A stretch of 64,000 bases of DNA from Calditrichales bacterium (GTDB lineage Bacteria; Calditrichota; Calditrichia; Calditrichales; J004), in the NCBI GenBank assembly GCA_965267575.1, contig OZ254086.1:3072001-3136000 (forward strand), read 5' to 3'. A program made the position numbers and the translations under genes. Shown one piece after another: positions 36,960 through 45,788 of the stretch (positions within the stretch are counted from its first letter, which is position 1; each line of letters starts with the position of its first letter). The notes under the pieces are model-generated. The model did no database searches. It was not told the DNA's origin and saw nothing but the letters and a program-made list of their open reading frames with translations.

Positions 36960-38594
36960 ATGAAAAAAATAATTCTTTTTATCGGATTACTTTACGGGCT
37001 GGGTGTAGCCGGCACGGTAGATGTGGACGCTGCCACGCCCAATGGCGTGGAGATGCGCAAAATTTTTGACGCCTTCCGCTCGGCATTGCCGCCACCCGAG
37101 AACCGCCTGCGCGAGATCAAAAGCAGTCTTACGCGGATGTTTATCCCGCTTACCGGGGCCACACAGGGCTACGGCGATTCGCTGGATGTGGTAAAAGGCG
37201 AATACCCTAATTTTGTATACGATTTCAGCATCAGTGACAGCCAGTGGGTGGAGCCGGTGCTGGCACAGGGCACCAACCTCAACCTGGGCTACTGCTGGAT
37301 GCCCGCCGCCCTGAACAGCAATAATCCCACGGGTCCGCCCGAAAACTACGATGCCTGGGAAGAATTCAACTACCAGTGGGCCAAACACCATTACGAAAAA
37401 TACGGCATCACCTGGTATGAAATCTATAACGAACCGGATTACCACTATTTCTTTACCGGCAGCCGTGATGATTATTTTAAGATGTACAGGTACGCCGTCA
37501 TGGGTATAAAGCGTGCTGTTCCGGATGCCATTGTTGGCGGTCCCGCGCTGGCAGGCGAAATCGGCTGGGTCGGCCCTTTTCTGGATTACATCCAGCAAAA
37601 CGATCTGCCTATTGACTTTGTCTCTTACCACGGCCAGGATAACGGTTTTGAGAGCCTGCGTTATTACAAAGATTACCAGGACATCATTGAAGAACTGGAT
37701 CAACGCGGGCTGAATGATGTGCAGGTGCACTTGAATGAATTTTCTTACGAGATCGATTCGCGCCAGGGCGACGAGTACGACCGCAGCAAATGCGCGGCCT
37801 ATTACGCCGGCACGTTCAAGCACATGTTGTTTAACATGCCGCGGTTGGAACGCTTCAATAAAACAATCATAAATAACGGCGATATTCTCGGTATGTGGGA
37901 ATACCTGGGCCTGATCGAGCTGGACAATACGCCCAAGGCCAAGTTCAATCTGTTTAAGATGTACGCCATGCTGCCGGATGAAGGGCTGCAAACGGAAGTG
38001 ACCGGGGATATCGACGCCATGGCCGCTATCAACGATTCCACCGTTGGCGTGATGGTCTGGAACAAAACGTCAATTTCGCAGCCTTTGGAGCTAAACCTGA
38101 AAAACATACCTTTTGAAGCACAAGGCGTACAGGTCTACCTGATCGATCCCGAGCATTCGTCCTATTGGGACAATCCGGCCAGTGCCGAGCTGGAGCGCGT
38201 GCAGCAATATCCCATCAGCGGAAAAAGCTTTTCCGACACGACGACCATGCGCGAATACAGCGTTTATCTTTACCTCATCAGCAGCGAAAAGGTGACGGCA
38301 CTCCACCGGCAGGAAGCGGGCCAGTCAGCGGACACAAAATCTGAACTGCTTGTCTATCCCAATCCATTCAATCAGTCGGCGCGAATTGAATTTACGTTGC
38401 AGCAATCAACAGATATCAGCATAACGCTGCACGACAACCGGGGACGGATTGTTAGGGCCATCGAGAGCGGCCGCCGAGCTTCAGGATACCATTCACTGAG
38501 TTATGATGCTGGCGGGCTGGCCAGCGGCATCTACTGGCTGCACATAAAGGGCTCCGGCATACGCCAGGTCAAAAAGATCGTGCTGCTACGTTAG
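36960..38594 (+). CDS. Secreted GH39-like glycoside hydrolase with T9SS-type CTD
   Basis: Start MKKIILF (signal peptide); YEIYNEPD acid/base, VGGPALA, DFVSYH, HLNEF nucleophile; YPNPFN...LASGIYW...KKIVLLR. Confidence 0.8.
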   Translation: MKKIILFIGLLYGLGVAGTVDVDAATPNGVEMRKIFDAFRSALPPPENRLREIKSSLTRMFIPLTGATQGYGDSLDVVKGEYPNFVYDFSISDSQWVEPVLAQGTNLNLGYCWMPAALNSNNPTGPPENYDAWEEFNYQWAKHHYEKYGITWYEIYNEPDYHYFFTGSRDDYFKMYRYAVMGIKRAVPDAIVGGPALAGEIGWVGPFLDYIQQNDLPIDFVSYHGQDNGFESLRYYKDYQDIIEELDQRGLNDVQVHLNEFSYEIDSRQGDEYDRSKCAAYYAGTFKHMLFNMPRLERFNKTIINNGDILGMWEYLGLIELDNTPKAKFNLFKMYAMLPDEGLQTEVTGDIDAMAAINDSTVGVMVWNKTSISQPLELNLKNIPFEAQGVQVYLIDPEHSSYWDNPASAELERVQQYPISGKSFSDTTTMREYSVYLYLISSEKVTALHRQEAGQSADTKSELLVYPNPFNQSARIEFTLQQSTDISITLHDNRGRIVRAIESGRRASGYHSLSYDAGGLASGIYWLHIKGSGIRQVKKIVLLR

Positions 38595-38717
38595 CTTTTG
38601 CGGCTGGCCCAAATAAAGTCAGGCAATAATGTGATTTTTAGGAAATTCCATTAAAACTTTTTTGTAAATTGCATACCCCGCCCAGGAAGGCATAACCACC
38701 AAGAATGGAGAAATGCA

Positions 38718-40715
38718 ATGACACGGCCTGCTCTGACTATTCTGCTGATTCTTACTTCTTTCTGTTTCAGCCAGTATCCCGATGCACATAGAACGATAAT
38801 GGAAATGGAGCGTGAACGGCACAGCCGTTTCTCCACTAAACTTGCCAAAACAAGCTTCGATCCGGCGCGCCACGTTTTTGATGCACACTTTTACGGCCTG
38901 GACCTTGAAATTGACCCGGACCGCGAATACCTGCGCGGAGCCGTGACGGTGAAGGGCACATCCCTGCGTGATTCGCTTTCCGAAATAGAGCTCGACCTGT
39001 ATGATAACATGCAAATTGATTCGATCACTTCTGCGGCAGGGCTTTTGGGTTTTACCCATGCCGGCGGCAAAATCCGCGTGCAATGGCCGGAAAACCTCGC
39101 CAATGGCGATCAATTTCAACTGACGGTTTATTATGGCGGAAAGCCCGAATCCTCCGGCTTTGGATCGTTCAGCTTTACCAGCTACAACGGCAACCCCGTT
39201 ATTTCCACGCTAAGTGAACCTTATGGGGCGCCCAGTTGGTGGCCCTGCAAAGACGATCCTTCCGACAAGGCCGATTCCGTCGATATTATAGTGACGGTGC
39301 CCAAGGATTTGGTGGTAGCGTCCAACGGCGTGCTTGTAGACGAAGGCTACCGTCGTGACGGTCGAAAAATCTATCACTGGCAGGAGCGCTATCCCATAAC
39401 CACCTATCTCGTATCGCTGGCCATAAGCAATTATAAACGCTGGTCGGAGTATTATCACTACAGCGCCGATGATTCCATGGAAGTGCAGTTTTTCGCCTAT
39501 CCGTCGCACCTGAGCAAGGCTAAAGAAGATTTTAATGTGATTGTGCCCATGCTGGAATTTTACAGCGATATTTATGGAGAGTATCCGTTCATCAAGGAAA
39601 AATACGGCATGGCAGAATTCCCCTGGGGCGGGGCGATGGAACACCAAACCTGCACCAGCTATGGTCACGGCCTGGTACGCGGCAATCATTATTACGATTT
39701 TATCGCGGCGCATGAACTGGTGCACCAGTGGTTTGGTGATTATGTCACGATGGACACCTGGCCGCACATCTGGCTGAACGAAGGCTTTGCCACGCACGGT
39801 GAGGCGCTGTGGGAAGAACACATCAAAGGGCCGGCTGCCTATCGCCGCTATATGAACGACCTGGATGCTTACGGCTATTTTACCGGCCCGGTCTACATCG
39901 CCAATGATGATAATGTGAACGCGCTGTTCAGCCGCACTGTCTATGACAAGGGCGCCTGGGTACTGCACATGCTGCGTTTCGTGATGGGCGAAGAGGCCTT
40001 TTTTGAAATGCTGAAGGTTTACCCGCAGCGCTTTGCCTTTTCCACGGCCACAACGGAGCAGCTGCGCGACGTTTGCGAAGAGCTTTCCGGCATGGAGCTG
40101 GACTGGTTTTTTGAACAATGGATTTACGGCGCCAACCGGCCCTTTTACGAATATAGCTGGTACACTGTGAAAGAGAACGACTCCAGTCGCGTCATGCTCT
40201 CCATCAGTCAGATACAGACAAATGCCGGCCTGTTTAAAATGCCGCTGGAGATTGAATTATCGCTGGCAGATGGCATTGACACGACCTTTGTAATTTGGGA
40301 CAGCCTGGCGCAGCAGGATTTTGCATTCACCGTGGCTGATTCCGTCAAAAACCTGTCCATAGATCCGCAGCACCGGCTGCTGCGCAAACTGCGCCGCGTT
40401 GATCCTACAGGCATTGAAGATGTGCCGGGACAGCCGCTGCAATGGGTGCTGGAGCCAAACTATCCCAATCCCTTTAACCCGCAGACAACGATAGATTTTC
40501 AAACGGCCGGGGATGGAATCGTTGAAATAGCTGTTTTTAATATGCTGGGGCAAAAGGTGAAAACGCTGTTTAGCGGCTTCCGCGCCAAAGGCAACGGACG
40601 CGTTGTTTGGCAGGGTGATACGGATAAGGGCGTCCGGGCTTCGAGCGGTGTCTATTTCTATGAATTGAGAAGCGCCACAACGACGCTAAGGCGAAAGATG
40701 CTTCTGCTGCGCTAG
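38718..40715 (+). CDS. Secreted M1 family aminopeptidase with T9SS-type CTD
   Basis: GGAMEH, AHELVHQWFG...WLNEGFA, YDKGAWVLHMLR; NYPNPFNP...SSGVYFY...RKMLLLR. Confidence 0.93.
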   Translation: MTRPALTILLILTSFCFSQYPDAHRTIMEMERERHSRFSTKLAKTSFDPARHVFDAHFYGLDLEIDPDREYLRGAVTVKGTSLRDSLSEIELDLYDNMQIDSITSAAGLLGFTHAGGKIRVQWPENLANGDQFQLTVYYGGKPESSGFGSFSFTSYNGNPVISTLSEPYGAPSWWPCKDDPSDKADSVDIIVTVPKDLVVASNGVLVDEGYRRDGRKIYHWQERYPITTYLVSLAISNYKRWSEYYHYSADDSMEVQFFAYPSHLSKAKEDFNVIVPMLEFYSDIYGEYPFIKEKYGMAEFPWGGAMEHQTCTSYGHGLVRGNHYYDFIAAHELVHQWFGDYVTMDTWPHIWLNEGFATHGEALWEEHIKGPAAYRRYMNDLDAYGYFTGPVYIANDDNVNALFSRTVYDKGAWVLHMLRFVMGEEAFFEMLKVYPQRFAFSTATTEQLRDVCEELSGMELDWFFEQWIYGANRPFYEYSWYTVKENDSSRVMLSISQIQTNAGLFKMPLEIELSLADGIDTTFVIWDSLAQQDFAFTVADSVKNLSIDPQHRLLRKLRRVDPTGIEDVPGQPLQWVLEPNYPNPFNPQTTIDFQTAGDGIVEIAVFNMLGQKVKTLFSGFRAKGNGRVVWQGDTDKGVRASSGVYFYELRSATTTLRRKMLLLR

Positions 40716-40723
40716 AATATTAA

Positions 40724-40748
40724 AGCGGGTACTTTGCCCGTACCCGCT
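40724..40748. terminator. Hairpin between convergent genes (probable terminator)
   Basis: AGCGGGTAC/GTACCCGCT stem. Confidence 0.55.
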
Positions 40749-40750
40749 GC

Positions 40751-41035
40751 TTAATCCGAATCCATGCCGATGGAAAACATCGACTCCAGATCGTGCTTGG
40801 AAAAAGTCTGGAATGCCAGGAGAGTGGTGGTATGCGTAATGCCGTCCATTTTCAGCAACTTGGCCGTAACAAGCTCGGAAAGCGCCTCGTTGTTGGCCAG
40901 CCTGGCAATGGCGATCAGATCATATTGACCGCTGACCGAATAGACTTCGGAAATGCCGTTTGTTTCGGCCAGCTTTTCCGCCACCTCGTTGATCTGTGAT
41001 CTTTCCGTATTGATTAAAATTATTGATGTAACCAT
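40751..41035 (-). CDS. Lrp/AsnC ligand-binding domain protein (no HTH)
   Basis: EVYSVSGQYDLIAIAR...GITHTTTL. Confidence 0.88.
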   Translation of the reverse strand: MVTSIILINTERSQINEVAEKLAETNGISEVYSVSGQYDLIAIARLANNEALSELVTAKLLKMDGITHTTTLLAFQTFSKHDLESMFSIGMDSD

Positions 41036-41056
41036 TCGATTCTCCGTTTTTCATTC

Positions 41057-41095
41057 GAGATCCCGGTGTGACTAAATCGCCAAACGGGATGACAT
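41057..41095. repeat. REP-like dispersed hairpin repeat, copy 2
   Basis: GAGATCCCGGTGTGACTAAATCGCCAAACGGGATGACAT aligns with 4258-4297. Confidence 0.75.
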
Positions 41096-41154
41096 ATGAG
41101 ATGCATTATTTTCTGGTAACGGAGTTTAGTAAAGCGGTCTCCGTTACACCGCCG

Positions 41155-42729
41155 TCATTTGGGCGGTATCTTGCTCATGGCCCGTTCCGCCAGCGCCGTA
41201 ATGGTCAGCGACGGATTAACACCGGGGTTGGCCGATATCATCGAGCCATCACAAACGTACATATTTTGGTAACCGAAAACACGGTTATCTTTGTCAATCA
41301 CCCCTTCGGCCACGTCTTTCCCCATAACGCAGCCGCCCAGTATATGCGCGGTTGTAGGTATGCCGGCGATTGTTTCCGTGGCCAGGGACGTTGGCCTGCC
41401 ATCAACGATGCGGCTGTATCTGTCGGCCAGTTCCTTTGCTTCAGGCACAAAGGCCGTCGGGGCATCGCCTTCCTCCATGGAAGATTTCATGCCGAAAAGC
41501 GATTTGCTGAAGCGCAGCGTACTGTCGATAGTGCGCATAAACAGGAGTATCTGCGTACGCTTTGCCCAGTCGTCCACAAAGTAGGTGCGCAGGCTCAGCC
41601 AGGGATTGCGCACAATATCGCGCAGGGCTACACCCAGCCGCACAAACAGGTTTTTGCCGTGGGCCATCGGCGACATAAGGATGCGCCAGAAACCGCTGCC
41701 CGCCGGATAACGCACCGGCTCCAGATGGCTGTGGGGGTCGGTATGCAAAATAGAGCCGATGGCAATACCGTCTGAGAAAACCTGTTTTCCCCGGGGATCG
41801 GTAATGCCGATAAGACTCTCCGAATTGGTGCGGATTTTGTGACCGACGCGTTCGGAGAGGCGTGGCAGGCTTCTCTTTTTCAGCTCTAGCAAAAGCGGGA
41901 CCGTTCCAAGCACACCGCCGGCAAAGACAATCCCCTTACAATCGTAATAGCCTTTTTTCTTTATGATGCCCGTGGAGTTTTTCCAGTAGACGCGGTAGCC
42001 GCCGGCTCCGTCCTTTCCGTTGGTTGGCCGCACATCGTAAACCTCGGCTTCAGGCATAACTTTGGCGCCCCTGCTTCGGGCCAGGTAAAGATAGTTTTTG
42101 TCCAGTGTGTTCTTGGCGTTGTAGCGGCAACCGACCATGCAGCCGCCGCAGAAGTTACAGCCGGCCCTTTCCGGGCCCTCGCCGCCGAAGTAGGGATCGG
42201 GCACAGTTTTATCGGGCGCGCCAAAAAATACCGCCACTTCGGTGGGCTCAAAATGTTGCTCTTTGCCGATTTCCTCTGCTAGCTTTTTTAATGCCAGATC
42301 GCCCGTTTCCAGGCGCGGGTTGCGCGTCGCCCCCAGCATTTTTTTGGCGATGGGATAAAACGGCGCCAGCTCCTTTTGCCAGTCTGCCAGGTGCGCCCAG
42401 CCCGGCGCGCTGAAAAAAGAGTGTTTGGGAAGGGGCAGGGTGTTGGCATACACCAGCGATCCGCCGCCCACGCCCACGCCGGAGAGGATCGTTATATGGC
42501 GGAAAAAGGTGATCTTGAAGAAGCCGAACAGTCGCAGGGCCGGCAGCCACAGCCAGCGTTTAACGTTCCACGAGCGCTTGGGGAAATCGTGGGGTTGCCA
42601 TTCGCGGCCCTTTTCAATAACCAGCACACTGTAGCCTTTTTCCGCCAGGCGCAGCGCCGACACGGAGCCTCCGAAACCGCTGCCGATTACGATAAAGTCA
42701 TACTGTTCTGTACTTTTGTGATTCGCCAT
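41155..42729 (-). CDS. GMC oxidoreductase (cholesterol oxidase ChoD-like)
   Basis: IVIGSGFGGS FAD motif, GVGGGSLVYAN, CNFCGGCMVGC, TAHILGG, DGS...NPGVNPSLTITALAERA. Confidence 0.92.
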   Translation of the reverse strand: MANHKSTEQYDFIVIGSGFGGSVSALRLAEKGYSVLVIEKGREWQPHDFPKRSWNVKRWLWLPALRLFGFFKITFFRHITILSGVGVGGGSLVYANTLPLPKHSFFSAPGWAHLADWQKELAPFYPIAKKMLGATRNPRLETGDLALKKLAEEIGKEQHFEPTEVAVFFGAPDKTVPDPYFGGEGPERAGCNFCGGCMVGCRYNAKNTLDKNYLYLARSRGAKVMPEAEVYDVRPTNGKDGAGGYRVYWKNSTGIIKKKGYYDCKGIVFAGGVLGTVPLLLELKKRSLPRLSERVGHKIRTNSESLIGITDPRGKQVFSDGIAIGSILHTDPHSHLEPVRYPAGSGFWRILMSPMAHGKNLFVRLGVALRDIVRNPWLSLRTYFVDDWAKRTQILLFMRTIDSTLRFSKSLFGMKSSMEEGDAPTAFVPEAKELADRYSRIVDGRPTSLATETIAGIPTTAHILGGCVMGKDVAEGVIDKDNRVFGYQNMYVCDGSMISANPGVNPSLTITALAERAMSKIPPK

Positions 42730-42741
42730 AAATACAATCGC

Positions 42742-43218
42742 CTAGACGGATGCCTTTTGCGGAAACTTGCCACTCACCCGGAACCACCAGCGGAAGCAGG
42801 CATGGAACGGGTCGACCGGTTTCAGGAACATCATCGGGCAGCCGCTGTCTATCACTTTGATGTTGTTTTGGCGGCACAATTCAACTGCTTCGCCGGAAAC
42901 GCTGCTGCCCATGCCGCGGTGCATCCAGACGCGTTCGATGCCCAGTTCGATGCAATCTTTTACAATGTTGATTGTATTTTGCGGCGCGGTAACGATAATG
43001 ACAACGTCCGCTTTGTGTGGCAAGGCGGCAAGGCCGGCATAGCAGGGGATATCGCCGATTTTGTCGGCTTCGGGATGGACGGCATACACTTCGTAGCCGC
43101 TTTTTTGAAGCTTTTCGTAAATGACGTTGGCGGCGTCTTTTTTGTGGCGCGATAACCCCGCTATGGCGATGTGCTTTTGCTCCAGGAAATCAGTGGCCAG
43201 TTCATCAATGTAGGACAT
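42742..43218 (-). CDS. CoA-binding protein (YccU-like)
   Basis: IAIAGLSR, GYEVYAVHP, ERVWMHRG, GCPMM. Confidence 0.88.
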   Translation of the reverse strand: MSYIDELATDFLEQKHIAIAGLSRHKKDAANVIYEKLQKSGYEVYAVHPEADKIGDIPCYAGLAALPHKADVVIIVTAPQNTINIVKDCIELGIERVWMHRGMGSSVSGEAVELCRQNNIKVIDSGCPMMFLKPVDPFHACFRWWFRVSGKFPQKASV

Positions 43219-43260
43219 ATCTGGTATCCATTTTTGTGTTCGCGCGGGGTGTTTTGTAAA

Positions 43261-44508
43261 TCAGGATTCTTTGTCATCACGCAGGATCGGCATGGTCATA
43301 CAGCGGCAACCGCCGCCGCCGCGGGTAAGCTCATTGCCGCGAATAGCCACAGCGTATTTCTCCATTTTGTTCAGATTAACTTTCCCGCTGAGCACGTCGT
43401 CGGCCTCCACGCGTGGTATACCGGCTTTTTCCAGCTCCTCGAATGTGCGGTAATTGAGGCCGTAGCCCATAACCCGTCCCGGCGCGATGGTGAAGAAGTT
43501 GGCGCCGGATTGCCATTGCTCGCGCTTTTGCGTAAGGGGATCGCTGCCACCGCAATAGATCGGCTCCAGCTTGATGTCCACCTGGCGCAGGGCGCGCAGC
43601 AGGTATTCGTGGCGGCTAAAGCGCGGCGCGTCCGGTTTGCTGATGTCGATATGGACCACATCAACCGCGCTGCCCTCGCTGATCATCTCCGGGAACACCA
43701 CGGCCTTGTCATAATCGATCATCGTAAAAACCATGTCCAGGTGGATCATGGCTCGGTGTTTGGGCAGCATCACCACAAAAATGTTTTTAATTTTACCCTC
43801 ACGCTTGAAATGTTCCACCAGGTAATCGATGCCTCTCGGGCTGGTGCGTTCGCTCATACCGACCGCAAGCACATCTTCACGCAAAATCAGAATATCGCCA
43901 CCTTCAAAAGTAGCGTCCGGCATATACATTTCCGATGTATCCACCAAACGTCCTTCGCAGTCCAGTTCCGGGTGGTAGCTGAAAATATAGCTCATCAGGA
44001 TTGCTTCCATGGTGCGTACGCTGGTGGCCATATTGCCGATCAGCACGTGGCGGTTTACAACCATCGCGGCGTCACGGGTGAAGAAGAGGTTGGGCAGGGG
44101 CGGCAAGGCAAACTGATTGGAAGAAAGGTATCGCTCGAGCGTGTTGCGCTTCAATTCGCTGCCCATCAGCAGACGTTTTGTAAGTTTTTTGGGGCTCAGT
44201 TTCAGCAGCTCTTCAATGTATTCGGGGACGTTGAGCTTATGGCAGACTTCCGTTACCAGTTCCTGGCGAATGTTGTCGTTTTTAAAAATATCCTGTAAAA
44301 GATCGGTGACCTGGAAAGGCTGTGCCACTTTTGCCAGGACACCGCTCATCTGGTCATGCTGGTCGCGGGCGTTTTGCAGATTCAGAATATCGTCATAGAG
44401 AAGCTCGTCGGTCGCCTCCGGCGTCATTAATTCCAGTTCCGGACCGGGTGAATGAACAATGACTTTTTTCAATTTTGCTATTTCTGAACGAACTTGAACC
44501 GTGTTCAC
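43261..44508 (-). CDS. arcA: Arginine deiminase
   Basis: SEIAKLKKVIVHSPG.E, LLYDDI, PNLFFTRD, FEGGD, IHLDMVFT, ELTRGGGGCRCMTMP; GTG start with AAGGAG SD. Confidence 0.93.
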   Translation of the reverse strand: MNTVQVRSEIAKLKKVIVHSPGPELELMTPEATDELLYDDILNLQNARDQHDQMSGVLAKVAQPFQVTDLLQDIFKNDNIRQELVTEVCHKLNVPEYIEELLKLSPKKLTKRLLMGSELKRNTLERYLSSNQFALPPLPNLFFTRDAAMVVNRHVLIGNMATSVRTMEAILMSYIFSYHPELDCEGRLVDTSEMYMPDATFEGGDILILREDVLAVGMSERTSPRGIDYLVEHFKREGKIKNIFVVMLPKHRAMIHLDMVFTMIDYDKAVVFPEMISEGSAVDVVHIDISKPDAPRFSRHEYLLRALRQVDIKLEPIYCGGSDPLTQKREQWQSGANFFTIAPGRVMGYGLNYRTFEELEKAGIPRVEADDVLSGKVNLNKMEKYAVAIRGNELTRGGGGCRCMTMPILRDDKES

Positions 44509-44634
44509 ATATTCTCCTTAGTTAATAATATGGCAATCCATGGAACAGGTAGCCTTAATATCACGGTAAATTAGTATAGTCCCAGATGAGGCGCAAGGTG
44601 CGGTGATATGCAACAACGGAAGAGGCATGAAAAC

Positions 44635-44664
44635 AAAAAAGGCCCGCGAAGTGATCACGGGCCT
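44635..44664 (-). terminator. Intrinsic terminator (minus strand)
   Basis: AGGCCCG/CGGGCCT stem with A6 on the plus strand. Confidence 0.7.
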
Positions 44665-44681
44665 GCGCTTATAGCTATTTA

Positions 44682-45242
44682 TTAAGAAGGCCAGAGCCAG
44701 CCAAAAACGCCCGCTGTGAGAAGCGCATAAATCAGGGCGTCAAAAACCGACTTCAGCGTAGTGGACCAGCTGCGTTTGTACCAGATGGAGCCTTCCAGCA
44801 AAGCCAATCCATAGCCGGCAAATGCCGTGGCGCCGGCAAAGCGGAACACTTCAAGGTAATGCGCGCCCGCCGGCAAAGCTCTACCGGCGATATATGCGGC
44901 AAATATGCCGACCACAATACTAAACACAAACCACTGTGCCAGGCTCGCTCCCATTTTGGGCTCGCCGTTTTCCATCACCGTCAGGATAGCGACGGGTCCC
45001 TTTTTCAGTTTTTCCTTGTAGGCATCGGTCTGCCGCTCCTTGTTGTCTGCAGCGTGGGGGATCGTATATTCGCCGGGCGGAATATTTAACGGCTGCAGGT
45101 TTTGCCTAACCTTTTCCTCGTCGGGCAGGCGGGCAAAATCGCTGTTATGATAACCAAGCACCATATGAATAACGGAGCTGGCGACAAATACGATGACCGC
45201 TGATAACAAAATAGGCAGCCATAATGATAAAACGGGTACCAT
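44682..45242 (-). CDS. Conserved hypothetical membrane protein
   Basis: Four hydrophobic segments; GGAGG SD. Confidence 0.8.
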   Translation of the reverse strand: MVPVLSLWLPILLSAVIVFVASSVIHMVLGYHNSDFARLPDEEKVRQNLQPLNIPPGEYTIPHAADNKERQTDAYKEKLKKGPVAILTVMENGEPKMGASLAQWFVFSIVVGIFAAYIAGRALPAGAHYLEVFRFAGATAFAGYGLALLEGSIWYKRSWSTTLKSVFDALIYALLTAGVFGWLWPS

Positions 45243-45378
45243 ATAAGCCTCCTTTGCCGGTTTAAACCGGTAAAATAATATGGATGGGATTGTATGAAAG
45301 TAAGTAGTTCAGCTATGACAATATAACCCTAATAAGCAGGCCGTGCCAGAATTAGTTGTAAATCGTAGCGCGTTATGT

Positions 45379-45738
45379 CTAAAATCCTGGCGGGTTCTTG
45401 CCCTGCAGACGCAGGAACGAAAGTTTATCCCAGTAGCCGCGTTGTTCCACAATCAAGCCATCCGTGATATGGAAAAAGCCACAACCGCGCAACCCATTGG
45501 GATCGCTCCATTCCAGCACGGCCCACTCACCCTCACAAATGATCTGCTCGACCTGGCAGACCATCTCAGCCGTTTTGAATTCTTCCTCAAACATACGGCG
45601 GATAGCTTCGCGGCCATGAACAGCCTTCTCCGGTATCTGGTGGTTGATGGCGTCTTCACTGTACATGGCGGCCAGCGCGTCAACATCCATTGCGTTGAAG
45701 CGTTCTACCCATTGCAAAATAATCTGTTTTAGAGACAT
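45379..45738 (-). CDS. SnoaL/NTF2-like family protein
   Basis: WVERFNAMDVDALAAMYSEDA...GLRGCGFF...QRGYWD. Confidence 0.88.
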   Translation of the reverse strand: MSLKQIILQWVERFNAMDVDALAAMYSEDAINHQIPEKAVHGREAIRRMFEEEFKTAEMVCQVEQIICEGEWAVLEWSDPNGLRGCGFFHITDGLIVEQRGYWDKLSFLRLQGKNPPGF

Positions 45739-45754
45739 GGTTCTGAAAGATATT

Positions 45755-45780
45755 AAAAGGGCGGCCCGTTTGAGCCGCCC
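45755..45780 (-). terminator. Probable intrinsic terminator after the M3 peptidase
   Basis: GGGCGGC/GCCGCCC stem with A4 on the plus strand. Confidence 0.6.
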
Positions 45781-45788
45781 ATGATGTT

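Noticed and set aside
36987..40118. Long antisense ORFs (36987-37991, 39210-40118) under the GH39 and M1 genes
   Set aside because: Shadow ORFs with no recognisable domain or SD.
43171..44298. 375-aa plus-strand ORF antisense to arcA
   Set aside because: Codon-aligned shadow of a well-supported gene, with no motif; expected from codon bias.
45333..45349. CTGGCACGGCCTGCTTA on the minus strand as a sigma54 promoter
   Set aside because: GG-to-GC spacing is 8, not the required 10.
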